A stretch of DNA of 64,000 nucleotides from an uncultured Methanomicrobiales archaeon. GTDB lineage: Archaea > Halobacteriota > Methanomicrobia > Methanomicrobiales > Methanospirillaceae. The number at the start of each line of letters is the position of its first letter. Position 1 is the stretch's first letter. The notes below the pieces were generated by a model. That model was not told where the DNA came from. It saw nothing but the letters and a program-made list of their open reading frames with translations, and searched no databases. Below are positions 1 to 11,137 of the stretch, piece after piece. The DNA lies in NCBI GenBank assembly GCA_963697895.1, contig OY969100.1:1280001-1344000 (forward strand), given 5' to 3'. Made by a program: the position numbers and the translations under genes.

Positions 1-410
1 AGGTTGCCCGGATGGTCGGCGTCGACAATGTCCTCGAGGGAACGATCAGCAGTTCAGCAGAGAACCTGGTGACGATCGATGCCGGGGGGTATCCGATAGA
101 CGCCCTCTCCTCCTTCGCCGTCGGAACCCGGGTGACCGTGTACATCCGACCCGAAGACATAACACTGTTTCCTGCCGACGGGCAGAAGACCAGCGCGAGG
201 AATGTCTTCGACGGGAAGATAACGAAGGTGTTGCCGCAGGGGCCGATGATGAAGGTGAAAGTGGACTGCGGCCTTCACCTCACCGCAGTCATTACCCGGC
301 GTTCCTATGATGAACTCGGGTTCATGCCGGGTATGCAGATCTCCCTCTCGTTCAAGGCAAGCGCGATCCACCTGACGGAGTCCGTCGACACCGTTGATTC
401 GGTCGCGTAG
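1..410 (+). CDS. C-terminal part (tandem TOBE domains) of a molybdate/tungstate-type ABC transporter ATP-binding subunit; 5' end lies outside the window
   Basis: GVDNVLEG...IRPEDI...TSARNVFDGKI...LTAVITRRSYDELG...FKASAIH is typical of ModC/WtpC TOBE tails. Confidence 0.8.
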   Translation, partial: VARMVGVDNVLEGTISSSAENLVTIDAGGYPIDALSSFAVGTRVTVYIRPEDITLFPADGQKTSARNVFDGKITKVLPQGPMMKVKVDCGLHLTAVITRRSYDELGFMPGMQISLSFKASAIHLTESVDTVDSVA

Positions 411-519
411 CGGGTTGTTTCCGGAAGGGTTTTCTGAATCGTGATCTGTTCACCCCGGTTTCATTCATTAGACTCTCCTTTCTCCACCTTATTATGGGAG
501 AAAACCCCATACTTCTGAA

Positions 520-1308
520 ATGCGATGCACTATACTGGCAAGCGGGAGCAACGGGAACTGCGTCTGTATCGAAGGGGAATCAGGAACCCTCCTGATAGAC
601 GCAGGACTGTCCCGCCGGGAGATCCTCGCCCGTCTTGCCGTTGCCGGGTGCATCCCCGGAGAGGTCCGGGGGATCCTCGTCACCCATGAACACGGGGATC
701 ATATCGCCGGCCTCGATGTGCTCTCCCGGTCCCTGGATGCCCCGGTACATGCCACAGAAGGGACTCTTCACGCGTTTTCAACGAGGAGACGTCCGTCAAA
801 AGCCCCGATCCGGACAGTGAAAACCCGGATCGATGAGGCGTACGGGATCGCTGACTTCACCGTCGAACCGTTCTCCACCTCGCATGATGCGGCAGAGCCC
901 TGCGGCTGGGTCGTCGCCGAACGAGGAATCCGTATCGGCTGCTGCACGGATACGGGCATCCTCACGGATTCGATGGTGGAAAAACTCTCCCGGTGTGACC
1001 TCGTGATCCTCGAGAGCAATCACTGCCCGGATATGCTGAAGAACGGGCCGTACCCGGAGGTGCTGAAACGACGCATCCGGGGGAAGAGGGGGCACCTTTC
1101 CAATGCAGACGCCCGCGACGGTATCCGCACCCTCGGCATGCACGTGCATCATATCGTCCTCGCTCACTTAAGCGAGGTCAATAACACGCCGGAGAAGGCG
1201 ATGCTCTCGGCCCGAGAAGGGGCAGGCCTCTATATCGATGAAACAAGCCTTTCCGTGGCACCCCGGGCGGACGCCACACCGTTTCATCCGGTCTGGATAC
1301 GGCTCTGA
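520..1308 (+). CDS. MBL-fold metallo-hydrolase (YycJ/PhnP-like)
   Basis: LASGSNGN start, THEHGDH metal motif, TSHDA, TDTG, LESNH, GHLSN, LAHLSEVNN. Confidence 0.9.
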   Translation: MRCTILASGSNGNCVCIEGESGTLLIDAGLSRREILARLAVAGCIPGEVRGILVTHEHGDHIAGLDVLSRSLDAPVHATEGTLHAFSTRRRPSKAPIRTVKTRIDEAYGIADFTVEPFSTSHDAAEPCGWVVAERGIRIGCCTDTGILTDSMVEKLSRCDLVILESNHCPDMLKNGPYPEVLKRRIRGKRGHLSNADARDGIRTLGMHVHHIVLAHLSEVNNTPEKAMLSAREGAGLYIDETSLSVAPRADATPFHPVWIRL

Positions 1309-1474
1309 TACCAAGAAAGATATCGATTTTTTCAAGGAAAAGGGGGAATTATTTTTTAGACATCGTTTGATCTCATCCTTCCATAAATCGGTTCTTCCCG
1401 GATACCCACGATTCCGATATTCAATCTGAATATATGTACCGTGCCGTTGGTCTCCCCATGAATCGATCTGCCTG

Positions 1475-1972
1475 TCAGGATCGGTCGGTGGGGCTGAACC
1501 GGTCATCGGATATCACCCGGGCTGCACCGTCCGATCTTTTAGTCATCCATCCGATCTTCTCCTCCGGGAATGAATCGAAATCCGGGATATACGGTTTGAT
1601 ATCGAGAACCGGGGTACCGTCCAGCATATCCACATCCATGACCCGGAGGAGGGAACCCTCTATTCCGGTCAGACGTATAATGGAGATCCCGATGGGATTC
1701 GGGCGGCTGGGTGCCCGGGTGGCGAAGAGTCCGCGGGGTTGGGTATCAAGAAACGGAATCACCCGGAGGGACCATTTACGGGACCGGTGAAAATGGTACA
1801 GCACGATAATACGGGAAAACCCCTCCAGATCGTCGAGCGCAGGAATAAATTGAGGCTCTATCTCTATCTCTCCGGGTATTCCCCGCGCTCCGGTGGGTTG
1901 TATAGGCATTTTCCCACTATCAGTGTAAGGAGTGTGTATAATCCCGATAGGTATGTACTCAATGGGATCCAT
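1475..1972 (-). CDS. tsaA: tRNA m6t6A37 methyltransferase TrmO (TsaA/UPF0066)
   Basis: PIGIIHTP, GLFATRAPSRPNPIG, DMLDGTPVLDIKPY motifs. Confidence 0.9.
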   Translation of the reverse strand: MDPIEYIPIGIIHTPYTDSGKMPIQPTGARGIPGEIEIEPQFIPALDDLEGFSRIIVLYHFHRSRKWSLRVIPFLDTQPRGLFATRAPSRPNPIGISIIRLTGIEGSLLRVMDVDMLDGTPVLDIKPYIPDFDSFPEEKIGWMTKRSDGAARVISDDRFSPTDRS

Positions 1973-2125
1973 GGGGAACGATGGAGCATCGGGGAAAAAA
2001 AACCTATAGGATATGGTCTTACCGCACGACCGCGGTTTTGATTGAAAAAGAGAACCGGGGTGAATGGATCATCGTTGGAAAGGGCCGGGAATAAAACCGG
2101 TTAAAATTTTTGATGTGTTTGAACC

Positions 2126-2377
2126 TTATCTCCGCCCGACCAGATCCTCGTGTTTCTTGATGATCCGGCTTGTCTCCGGGCAGTCGATCAAAACGACGTC
2201 AAAACCCAGGGAATCGTCTCCGTTCTCCTCAAGCCGGAAGACGACATTATTGCACCGGTGGAGGGCGGTGAGCATCCGGTCACGAGGAAACCGGGTCCAT
2301 TTCTGGATCTGAGTAGCGGAGACGCTATCCTGTTTATGAAGCGGGAAATATAACACGATCTTTTCAACATCGTCCAT
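2126..2377 (-). CDS. hypothetical 83-aa protein, possible winged-helix fold
   Basis: ATG preceded by an AT-rich promoter-like stretch; VSATQIQKWTRFPRDRMLTALHR has HTH-like spacing. Confidence 0.5.
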   Translation of the reverse strand: MDDVEKIVLYFPLHKQDSVSATQIQKWTRFPRDRMLTALHRCNNVVFRLEENGDDSLGFDVVLIDCPETSRIIKKHEDLVGRR

Positions 2378-2528
2378 GTGTTATGAACTTTTATTAACCT
2401 GCATATAATCCCACCGGATTGAATTTTGAGGGGAATACCTGTGGAATACCCCAAAAATTGTCATTCCTCCTGTTTTTCCCTCTTACCGGAATCCGGCTCA
2501 TGAGGAGCATACGAGAATCTTCCCCCGA

Positions 2529-2559
2529 CCGGAAGTGGTTATCAGATCAGAACTTCCGG
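2529..2559 (-). terminator. inverted repeat just downstream of kdpD (terminator-like)
   Basis: ccggaagt-N15-acttccgg. Confidence 0.35.
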
Positions 2560-2597
2560 AGGGATACGGACTTCGATGTTGTTGCCGGGCTCCCCGG

Positions 2598-4583
2598 TTA
2601 TCCCCCGGCCTGTTTTGCGACAACATTCGCGTGGTGCACCCGTTCGAGGGCGATAGATGCCTGATTTGCAAATGCAATCAGGATCCTCGACTCCTCCGAG
2701 GTGATGATCCCATTTGGTTCCGTCGGCATCACCCCGAGGATCCCAAGCACCCTCCCGGAACTTTCGAGCGGGATATATCGGAGTCGCGAATCATGCAGGG
2801 TGTCGGTATCGTACCCTGCCATGACTCCGTGGGAATATGACCATGTCGCTACCGCAATCTCCTTCGCATCGAGCCGGAGGTTAGGGCTTACAGAATGTTC
2901 AACCAGGTGGTCGGCCTGATCCGGGAGGAGGAATGTGCTTTCCCACTGGAATATCTCGCGAATATCATTTTTAACTGCCTTGATGATCGCGTCTTCATCC
3001 ACGGCTGCCGCCAGTTCCTGTGATAAGGCAAAGAGCGTCCCTGTCTCCTTTTCACGTATCTCCGCCGCTTCGGCATGTTCGCGGGTCCGGGCGACGAGGA
3101 AACTGATAACGGCACCGACCAGAATCAACCCAAGAATGGAGATGATATACTCGATATCGTTCACCCTGAAGGTAAAATAGGGAGGAATAAAAAAGAAATC
3201 ATAGGCAAGTACCCCGACAACTGCGGTCATGATTGCCGGTCTCAATCCCCAGAAGAATGCCGCAACTACAACGGCGAGCAGGTACAGAATGATCAGGTTG
3301 GCCGGGGAGATGACAGATTTCAAAAACCAGCCGATGAACGTGATCAGGGCGATAAGCGCAAGGCTGTAGAGATAACCCCGCGGAGGTGATGCCGGGAGGA
3401 GCGGTTCCATTTTGCCGGGTTTTTCCGGTGTTTTCTCCGAACTGCTGATCACATATACATCGATGGTGCCGCTGTCATGGATGAGCTGATCGACGACGGA
3501 ACCGAATAAAAATTCCTGCCACCGGGGGCGTAATGTCTTGCCGATGATAATTCTCGTGATATTATGTTTCCGTGCATACTCGATCGCCGTTTGTGCGACA
3601 TTGATCCCGAATATTGTGACCGCTGTCCCGCCCAGTTTCTCCGCCAGCTGGAGCGATCGCCAGACCTGCTCTTTTGCTCCCTTCGCGAGCCGTTGGTGTG
3701 AAGGAGTCTCGACATAGATCGCAGTCCAGTTGGCATTCATCCGATCCGCCTGTCGGCGTGCTGTCCGTACGAGCCGCTCGGAGAGCGGGCTCGGGCTAAC
3801 ACAGACTAGGATACTTTCCCCTGCCGGCCATGGTCCGGGGATTGCACGGGTCTGCATATAGGCCAGCATCTGATCGTCAACGCGTTCTGCGGCACGCCTG
3901 AGGGTGATTTCCCGTAATGCATACAGATTCCCCTCGTTGAAAAACTGCTCAATGGCACGGGCTGCCAGTTCCGGAACATAGATCTTTCCTTCTTTCAGCC
4001 GCTGCAGGAGTTCGGGAGGAGCAAGGTCGACGATCTCGATCTCTGTCGCTTCGTCTATAACCCCGTCAGGAATGGTCTCCCGGACTATCACCCCGGTAAT
4101 TTGCGCGATCACATCATTGAGGCTCTCGAGGTGCTGTACATTCAGGGTACTGTAGATATCAATCCCTGCATCGAGGAGTTCTTCGACGTCCTGATACCGT
4201 TTCAGGTGACGCGATCCCGGAGCATTGGTATGGGCCAGTTCATCAACGAGAACAAGGTCGGGTTGGATGGCGAGGATGGCGTCGAGATCCATCTCCTCCA
4301 GGCTAACCCCTTTGTACTCCATCTTTTTCCGGGGGATGATGGTGAGCCCCTTGAGGAGGACTTCTGTCTCCGGTCTCCCGTGTGTCTCCACGTATCCGAT
4401 CTGGACGTCTATACCCTCTTTTTTCCGCAGGTGTGCCGCCATCAGCATCTCGTAAGTCTTACCGACCCCCGCGACATATCCGAGAAATATCTTTAATTTA
4501 CCCCGGTGCTTCTGACGTTCTTCTCCCGACACCCGTGCAAGGAGAAGATCCGGATCCGGTCTGTTATCAGATTCCAATCCCAC
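2598..4583 (-). CDS. kdpD: KdpD-like sensor (KdpD/Walker-A domain, USP, 4-TM DUF4118, GAF) lacking HisKA/HATPase
   Basis: RPDPDLLL, GKLKIFLGYVAGVGKTY, DELAHTN, KRYQDVEELL; ends at ...ALERVHHANVVAKQAGG* with no H-box; GTG start inferred. Confidence 0.9.
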   Translation of the reverse strand: MGLESDNRPDPDLLLARVSGEERQKHRGKLKIFLGYVAGVGKTYEMLMAAHLRKKEGIDVQIGYVETHGRPETEVLLKGLTIIPRKKMEYKGVSLEEMDLDAILAIQPDLVLVDELAHTNAPGSRHLKRYQDVEELLDAGIDIYSTLNVQHLESLNDVIAQITGVIVRETIPDGVIDEATEIEIVDLAPPELLQRLKEGKIYVPELAARAIEQFFNEGNLYALREITLRRAAERVDDQMLAYMQTRAIPGPWPAGESILVCVSPSPLSERLVRTARRQADRMNANWTAIYVETPSHQRLAKGAKEQVWRSLQLAEKLGGTAVTIFGINVAQTAIEYARKHNITRIIIGKTLRPRWQEFLFGSVVDQLIHDSGTIDVYVISSSEKTPEKPGKMEPLLPASPPRGYLYSLALIALITFIGWFLKSVISPANLIILYLLAVVVAAFFWGLRPAIMTAVVGVLAYDFFFIPPYFTFRVNDIEYIISILGLILVGAVISFLVARTREHAEAAEIREKETGTLFALSQELAAAVDEDAIIKAVKNDIREIFQWESTFLLPDQADHLVEHSVSPNLRLDAKEIAVATWSYSHGVMAGYDTDTLHDSRLRYIPLESSGRVLGILGVMPTEPNGIITSEESRILIAFANQASIALERVHHANVVAKQAGG

Positions 4584-4590
4584 GGTGAGT

Positions 4591-6692
4591 TCACGCCCCC
4601 AGTGCAACGAGGAACATATCAATCAGTTTTATTCCGATGAACGGGACAATGATTCCCCCGATACCATAGATAAGGATATTATTTCTCAGTGCTTCTTCTG
4701 CGGTCATCGGACGATACTTTACCCCATGTAATGCGAGGGGAATTAAAATAACGATGATAAGGGCATTGAAGATCACCGCGGAGAGGATTGCATTTTGAAG
4801 CCCGAGGATATTCAGGGCTGCGAGTGCCGGATACGTGGAGATGAACGCAGCGGGGATGATTGCAAAATACTTCGCAAGATCGTTTGCGATGGAGAATGTG
4901 GTAAGCGAGCCTCTTGTCATGAGGAGCTGCTTTCCGATCTCCACGATCTCGATCAGTTTTGTCGGGTTGCTGTCGAGATCGATCATATTCGCCGCTTCCC
5001 GTGCAGGTTGCGTTCCCGTGTTCATTGCAACCGCGACATCCGCCTGGGCGAGTGCGGGAGCATCGTTGGTACCGTCCCCGGTCATGGCAACCATCCGTCC
5101 ACCTGACTGGTAGTCCCGGATCATCCGCAGTTTGCTCTCCGGAGTGGCCTCAGCGAGAAAATCATCCACCCCTGCCTCGGCGGCGATGGTTGCCGCAGTG
5201 AGCCGGTTGTCCCCGGTGATCATCACGGTCTTGATCCCCATCCTCCGCAACTGGGTGAACCGTTCTTTCATCCCACCCTTTATGACGTCTTTCAGATGGA
5301 CAACCCCAAGAGCCTTCCCATCCTTCGTCACAACTAGCGGAGTCCCGCCCGATCTGGCGATGGCGTCCACCTGCGCATTCAGCTGGGCAGAGACATCTCT
5401 GCCGCTCGCGTTCATCTGCGAAAATACCACATCTGAAGCCCCCTTCCGGATCTGAGTGGCGCCTATGTCCACTCCGCTCATCCGGGTCTGGCTGGAAAAG
5501 GGCATGAACCGCATCTCAGGACTGGATTCTGAAGCTCCCACGGTCCTCCCCCGTAGACCGTACCGCTCCTTGACCAGTACGACAATACTCCGGCCTTCCG
5601 GGGTCTCATCCGCAAGAGAGGCCAGCTGTGACGTTTCTGCAAGTTCATTAATATCTGTCCCGTCGACCGGGATCAATTCTACCGCCTGGCGGTTCCCGAG
5701 CGTGATGGTGCCGGTTTTATCAAGGAGGAGGACATCCACATCTCCCGCTGCCTCGATTGCCCGCCCGGACGTGGTAATGACATTGCGTCTGATAAGCCGG
5801 TCCATTCCTGCGATCCCGATGGCGCTGAGGAGCCCCCCGATGGTCGTCGGGGCAAGGCACACGAGGAGCGCAATGAGCACCGTCACGGTAATCGTCTGTC
5901 CGGCGCCCTCTGCCATCACGCTGTAAGAGGAGAATGCCCAGAGCGTTGCGCAGACCACGATAAAGATCGCGGTGAGCCCGATCAGGAGAATATTGAGCGC
6001 AATTTCGTTGGGGGTTTTCTGTCGCTTTGCTCCTTCGACAAGGGAGATCATGTGGTCGAGGAATCCTTCACCCGGGTTCGCGGTCGTCCTGACGATGAGC
6101 CAGTCTGACAGGATCACCGTCCCCCCCGTTACAGCACTCCGCTCACCGCCCGATTCCCGGATGACCGGGGCACTTTCGCCGGTGATCGCGCTCTCGTTCA
6201 CGGATGCAATCCCTTCCACTACCTCGCCATCGACCGGGATGATATCTCCTGCCTTAACCGTGAATAAATCTGATTTCCGGAGGGTTGAAGAAGGAACCAC
6301 CCGGTATTCGGATGATGTCGGTTCGATGCCCTTCACCAGATTGTAGCCGGGGACGAGCTTTTTGCATCGGTATCCTGTCGCATCTTCCTGAGTGATTCGG
6401 CCTGGGCCTTTCCCCGTCCCTCTGCAAGCGCTTCAGCAAAATTGGCAAAGAGCACAGTGAACCAGAGCCAGATGGAAATTGCGCCGATAAAACCTGCCGG
6501 AGCCTCGCCCTGCCCGAGAAGTGCCTGCAGCCAGAATATCGTAGTGAGTGCCGCTCCGATCTCCACGACGAACATCACCACATTGCGGACCATGTTTCTG
6601 GGGTCCAGTTTCAGGACAGAGTCGAGAATTGCACGTTTGTAGAGGGCGGACTGATGCGTGCCCGGATTTTTCATATCGCTGTGTTCAGACAT
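4591..6692 (-). CDS. kdpB: K+-transporting P-type ATPase subunit B; split into two ORFs by a 1-bp deletion at ~6359-6363 (probable sequencing error)
   Basis: [41 protein letters not shown] all present; adding one A restores [17 protein letters not shown] across the junction. Confidence 0.92.
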
Positions 6693-9114
6693 GGATCATC
6701 CCCCCTCCCGTCCCGATCAGATATTCCACGATGGGACCGAGGGCGAGCGCCGGGATAAAACTAAGGACGCCGATGATCAACACAACGAAGACGAGCCAGA
6801 TGATGAAGAGGGGCCGGTGATCATTGACCGTGCTCTCGCTGACCGGAACGATCTTTTTAAGAGCCATAGATCCGGCAAGGGCAAGGACTATGACTGCGAT
6901 GGCATACCGCCCGATCAGCATCGCGATTGCAGTCGAGATGTTATAAAAGAGGCTGTTTGCCGAGAGCCCCGCAAAAGCGCTGCCATTGTTCTGGGCCGGC
7001 GATGTAAATGCATACAGGACCTCGGAAAACCCGTGTGGTCCGGGATTGAAGATTGCGGCTCTTCCCGGTTCGGTCATAACGGCGATCGCGGTGCCGATGA
7101 GGATAATAAATATCGGTATCAGGATAATGAGTGTGGATAACTTCATCTCATACGGCTCGATCTTCTTCCCGAGATATTCCGGGGTCCGCCCGACCATCAG
7201 ACCGGCAATAAACATTGCGATGATGGCGAATACGATCATCGTGTACAACCCGGAACCGACACCGCCAAAGACAACCTCCCCCATCTGCATCATCAGCAGC
7301 TGGGCGAATCCTCCGAGTGGCATGAAGGAATCATGCATCGAGTTGACTGCACCGCATGATGTTGCGGTGGTCGAGATAGAGAACAAAGCGGATACCGGTA
7401 TGCCAAACCGGACCTCCTTTCCTTCCATGTTGCCACCCGGCTGAAACATGCCGGGGGTCTGATCGATGCCCAGAGGCGGAAATGCCGGGTTGCCACCCAG
7501 TTCGGACCATACGGCGAGTCCGAGGATCGGGATGAATATCACTATCATGGCGATCAGGAGGGCGATCCCTTTTCTCGCCGATCCGACCATCGTTCCGAAC
7601 ATAAAACAGAGACACACCGGGATCAGAAGAAGTGCAAATAACTCGATGAAGTTTGAAAATGGGGTTGGATTTTCGAACGGATGAGCGGAGTTGACGTTGA
7701 AGAATCCGCCGCCGTTCGTACCCAGTACTTTGATCGCAACCTCCGAGGCAGCAGGCCCGAGCGGGATCCGCTGGTCCGTGATGAGCGCTCCGGCGCTGTC
7801 CTTCACCGGATCGAGCAATGGTACCGTAACTGGCCCGCCGAATGTCTGGACGGTCCCCTGGGATACGAGGACCAGAGCGATGATCAGACAGATGGGCAGG
7901 AGAATGAACACACTCCGCACGAGTAGCACCCAGAAATTTCCGATCCGGTCTGTCGATCTCCGGGAGAGCCCGTAAATAAGTGCAACAAGGACTGCCATTC
8001 CGGTCGCTGCAGAGACAAAATTCTGTACCGTGAGGCCGATCATCTGGGTCAGGTAGCTCAGGGTTGTCTCCCCCGCATATGCCTGCCAGTTCGTATTCGT
8101 CGCAAAACTGACAGCCGTGTTGAGGGAGAGATCCCAGGCAACCGGGCCGGTTCCGGTCGGATTGAGCGGGAGGAGGAACTGGATCTCCTGCAAAATAAAA
8201 ACAATGACGATACCGAGGGTATTGAAGAGGAGCATCGCAACTGCAAACGCCTTCCAGTCCATCTCCTGGTCGGACCGTATACCGGATATACGGTAAAACC
8301 ATTCTTCGACCGGTCGGATTACGGGTGTGAGAATCGTCCGGTCCCCGGAATAGACACGTGCCATGAACCTGCCGAGAGGGATGATGGTTAACGCGAGGAT
8401 GAATAAAAACAGGAGAAGCGTGAGCCAGTCCGTAACCTTCATTCCAAAGAACATGGTTTGTTCATTCGCCGTTTGTTCTGCAGCCGTTCCTGCCGGTGGT
8501 GCCGTGATACGATTCGCACTTAGATCATCGAGTGCGAGGTTCAGCATGAGCACATTTACCCTGGATTCGCCAAAAATTCCGAATTGGGGGGGTTGAATAT
8601 GTTGATCGACGAGCCCTCGCAGATCCTGCTCGCTCATGTTTCTCTCCCGCGCAACGCGGGATACCTGGTAATATGCTGCTGCCACACTGATGTCAGGGTC
8701 GAGCCCGCTCGCGGAACTGGTCACCAGATCGACCGGGATCGGCTGTTGATTCGCGGGATCGGCAGCATGGAGCGCCTCGACCCGGGATTCGACCGCATTG
8801 ATGAGCGCCGGATTCGTCGGACCGAGGTTGGACCCGGTAGAAAGACTGGCGTTATCGGGATAGGGGGAGGTTGCGGAGGGCCGTCCCCAGAAATAGCCGG
8901 GCGATTCAAAGGGCTGCCCGATCAGGGCTGAACCGACAACATTCCCCTCGCGTTCGATAAAGTTCCCGTTTGCCTGGACGGGAAAGAGTGCCTGGGCAAT
9001 GCCGGTAACGATCAGCGGATACACCAGGCCCGTGACGATGGTCAATAATAAGAAGACCGTGAACGCAGGTCTGAGCTGCCGCCAGAGCAGCGACGGGATC
9101 GGTTCTATTGCCAT
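6685..9114 (-). CDS. kdpA: KdpC-KdpA fusion protein
   Basis: N-terminal ~200 aa is KdpC ([53 protein letters not shown]); a ~25-aa linker then leads in frame to KdpA ([52 protein letters not shown]). Confidence 0.9.
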   Translation of the reverse strand: MAIEPIPSLLWRQLRPAFTVFLLLTIVTGLVYPLIVTGIAQALFPVQANGNFIEREGNVVGSALIGQPFESPGYFWGRPSATSPYPDNASLSTGSNLGPTNPALINAVESRVEALHAADPANQQPIPVDLVTSSASGLDPDISVAAAYYQVSRVARERNMSEQDLRGLVDQHIQPPQFGIFGESRVNVLMLNLALDDLSANRITAPPAGTAAEQTANEQTMFFGMKVTDWLTLLLFLFILALTIIPLGRFMARVYSGDRTILTPVIRPVEEWFYRISGIRSDQEMDWKAFAVAMLLFNTLGIVIVFILQEIQFLLPLNPTGTGPVAWDLSLNTAVSFATNTNWQAYAGETTLSYLTQMIGLTVQNFVSAATGMAVLVALIYGLSRRSTDRIGNFWVLLVRSVFILLPICLIIALVLVSQGTVQTFGGPVTVPLLDPVKDSAGALITDQRIPLGPAASEVAIKVLGTNGGGFFNVNSAHPFENPTPFSNFIELFALLLIPVCLCFMFGTMVGSARKGIALLIAMIVIFIPILGLAVWSELGGNPAFPPLGIDQTPGMFQPGGNMEGKEVRFGIPVSALFSISTTATSCGAVNSMHDSFMPLGGFAQLLMMQMGEVVFGGVGSGLYTMIVFAIIAMFIAGLMVGRTPEYLGKKIEPYEMKLSTLIILIPIFIILIGTAIAVMTEPGRAAIFNPGPHGFSEVLYAFTSPAQNNGSAFAGLSANSLFYNISTAIAMLIGRYAIAVIVLALAGSMALKKIVPVSESTVNDHRPLFIIWLVFVVLIIGVLSFIPALALGPIVEYLIGTGGGMIHV

Positions 9115-9349
9115 TGAAAGACCGCCTTCGACGTAACGCATCACGCGCTCCTGACCGCAATTCAGGGGAGAGTGTGTTACTAGCAAGAGCTACTGTCAAA
9201 AGATTATATATTCGTTGGTATACGTCTCCTTCTACCCGAGATAAATGAGTACATTCATTCCGGTATGTGAGCCAAAATATCAATCCCTTGTCCTGATTAA
9301 CCCGCATACGATCAGGCTTATCCGTTCCCCGGTCTACCTTCCTGAAGCC

Positions 9350-10981
9350 ATGAATTTCCTTGAATTTTCCCGGATCTGCCAGCAGCTGGAGGGAATATCA
9401 GGCCGCCTGGAGATGATCGATCTGATCAGCCAGGTCCTGCCCGGGCTTTCCGAGGATGAACTCCCGATATTTGTCCGGTTTGTCATGGGACGTATCTTTC
9501 CTGACTGGAGCCCGCTGAACCTCGGAATCGGCCCGAACCTCCTCTACGAAGGGATTGCCTACGTTGCGGGAAAAAGGAAAGAGGAAGTGGTCACCGCGAT
9601 AAACCGCACAGGCGACGTCGGGGCAGCGGTGGAGGAACTCCTTGGCAGCAAGGAGCAGACATCGTTCTTCTCTGAAGATCTTACCCTAATTGATGTCTAT
9701 CGGGAATTTGAGGCGATCGCAGAGACCGGGGGGAAAAAATCGCAAAGAGAGAAGGTCCTCCTGGTCCGGAAACTCTTCTCGAATGCCGGGCCACTCGAGG
9801 GGAGGTATCTCTCCCGGATAATGATAGGGGATCTCCGGATCGGGGTCGGGGAGGGCAATGTCCGCGATGCGATCGTTAAGGCGTTCGCGGTAGACCCCTC
9901 TCTGGTCCAGCATGCATTCCAGGCTATGAACGACCTCGGTGAAGTCGCCCGGATCGCACGGAAAGGAACTTTTGCCCTCGCGGAGGTGGAGATCCGGCCG
10001 TTCCATCCGGTGAAGATGATGCTTGCCCAGCAGGGAACGATCGAGGGTGCGATCCAGGATAACGGGGAGGTTGCCGCGGAGTTCAAGTACGACGGGAGCC
10101 GGTTCCAGTTCCATCGGGTCGGGGGACGCATAGCACTCTATAGTCGCAAGCTCGAAGATGTCACCCACGCTCTCCCGGATATCATCGAGCAGCTCCTGGC
10201 GGCGACCACGCATGACGTGATCCTGGACGGGGAGGCCCTTGCCACCAAGGACGGTCGTCCGATGCCGTTCCAGCAGGTGCTTCGTCGTTTCCGGCGGAAA
10301 TACGGAGTGGATGAGATGAGAGAAGAGATCCGGCTCGTTCCGCATGTCTTCGATATCCTCTATCTGGACGGTAAAACACTGATCGATATGCCCCTTTCAG
10401 AACGGCGAAAATTCCTCGAGGGAGCGGTATCGGAACATGTGGCACCCCAGACGGTCAGCGCCGACCCTGCAGAGATCGATCGGCTCTACCAGGAGGCGCT
10501 TGATGCCGGTCATGAAGGACTGATGCTGAAGGTACCGTCTTCCCCCTATACTCCCGGGGTCCGGGGAAAGAACTGGATCAAGATAAAACCCGAGGTGGAC
10601 ACCCTCGACCTGGCCGTCATCGGGGCCGACTGGGGGGAGGGAAAAAGGGCACATTATTTTGGTTCGTTCCTCCTCGCATGCCAGGACCGGGGCGAGCTCG
10701 TGCCGCTCTCCAAGGTGGCAACGGGGTTCTCCGACGAGCAACTCGCCGAGATTTATGATCTGCTCAAAGATCATGTGATCGCAGAATCAGGAAAAGAGGT
10801 GAAATTTGAGCCGTTCATGGTCGTTGAAGTCGGGTATTCGGAGCTCCAGAAGAGCCCGAACTACCCTGCCGGGTTTGCCCTCCGGTTTCCCCGCTTCATC
10901 CGGATCCGGGATGATAAGGGGATCGACGAGATCGAGACCCTTGAGAGCATCCAGGAGCGGTACCGGAGGCAGTCCAAATAA
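9350..10981 (+). CDS. lig: ATP-dependent DNA ligase
   Basis: [10 protein letters not shown] (motif I), [35 protein letters not shown]. Confidence 0.96.
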   Translation: MNFLEFSRICQQLEGISGRLEMIDLISQVLPGLSEDELPIFVRFVMGRIFPDWSPLNLGIGPNLLYEGIAYVAGKRKEEVVTAINRTGDVGAAVEELLGSKEQTSFFSEDLTLIDVYREFEAIAETGGKKSQREKVLLVRKLFSNAGPLEGRYLSRIMIGDLRIGVGEGNVRDAIVKAFAVDPSLVQHAFQAMNDLGEVARIARKGTFALAEVEIRPFHPVKMMLAQQGTIEGAIQDNGEVAAEFKYDGSRFQFHRVGGRIALYSRKLEDVTHALPDIIEQLLAATTHDVILDGEALATKDGRPMPFQQVLRRFRRKYGVDEMREEIRLVPHVFDILYLDGKTLIDMPLSERRKFLEGAVSEHVAPQTVSADPAEIDRLYQEALDAGHEGLMLKVPSSPYTPGVRGKNWIKIKPEVDTLDLAVIGADWGEGKRAHYFGSFLLACQDRGELVPLSKVATGFSDEQLAEIYDLLKDHVIAESGKEVKFEPFMVVEVGYSELQKSPNYPAGFALRFPRFIRIRDDKGIDEIETLESIQERYRRQSK

Positions 10982-11137
10982 CTACTCATATCTCTTCGCC
11001 CGGAGGATGCGATCCGGACCTCCCTGAGATCGTCTTCCCTGATTTCGAGTGAACTGTCCGAAGAGTACTCCATCCCGGCAGGAAACCCATTTTATAGAGA
11101 GAAATCCTTGCAGACACTATTCCTTTCCGGTGCCATT

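Noticed and set aside
4591-6692. kdpB, serA, the MFS gene, the ClpP-like gene and sheath paralog 2 as true pseudogenes or programmed frameshifts
   Set aside because: Each has a single 1-bp indel with all motifs otherwise intact, there is no common slippery site, and all lie at GTAC/AGCT; a sequencing artefact is more parsimonious
9115-9190. c-di-AMP (ydaO) riboswitch in the kdp leader
   Set aside because: Only a short cctga/tcagg stem is present; the leader is too short and lacks the ydaO consensus
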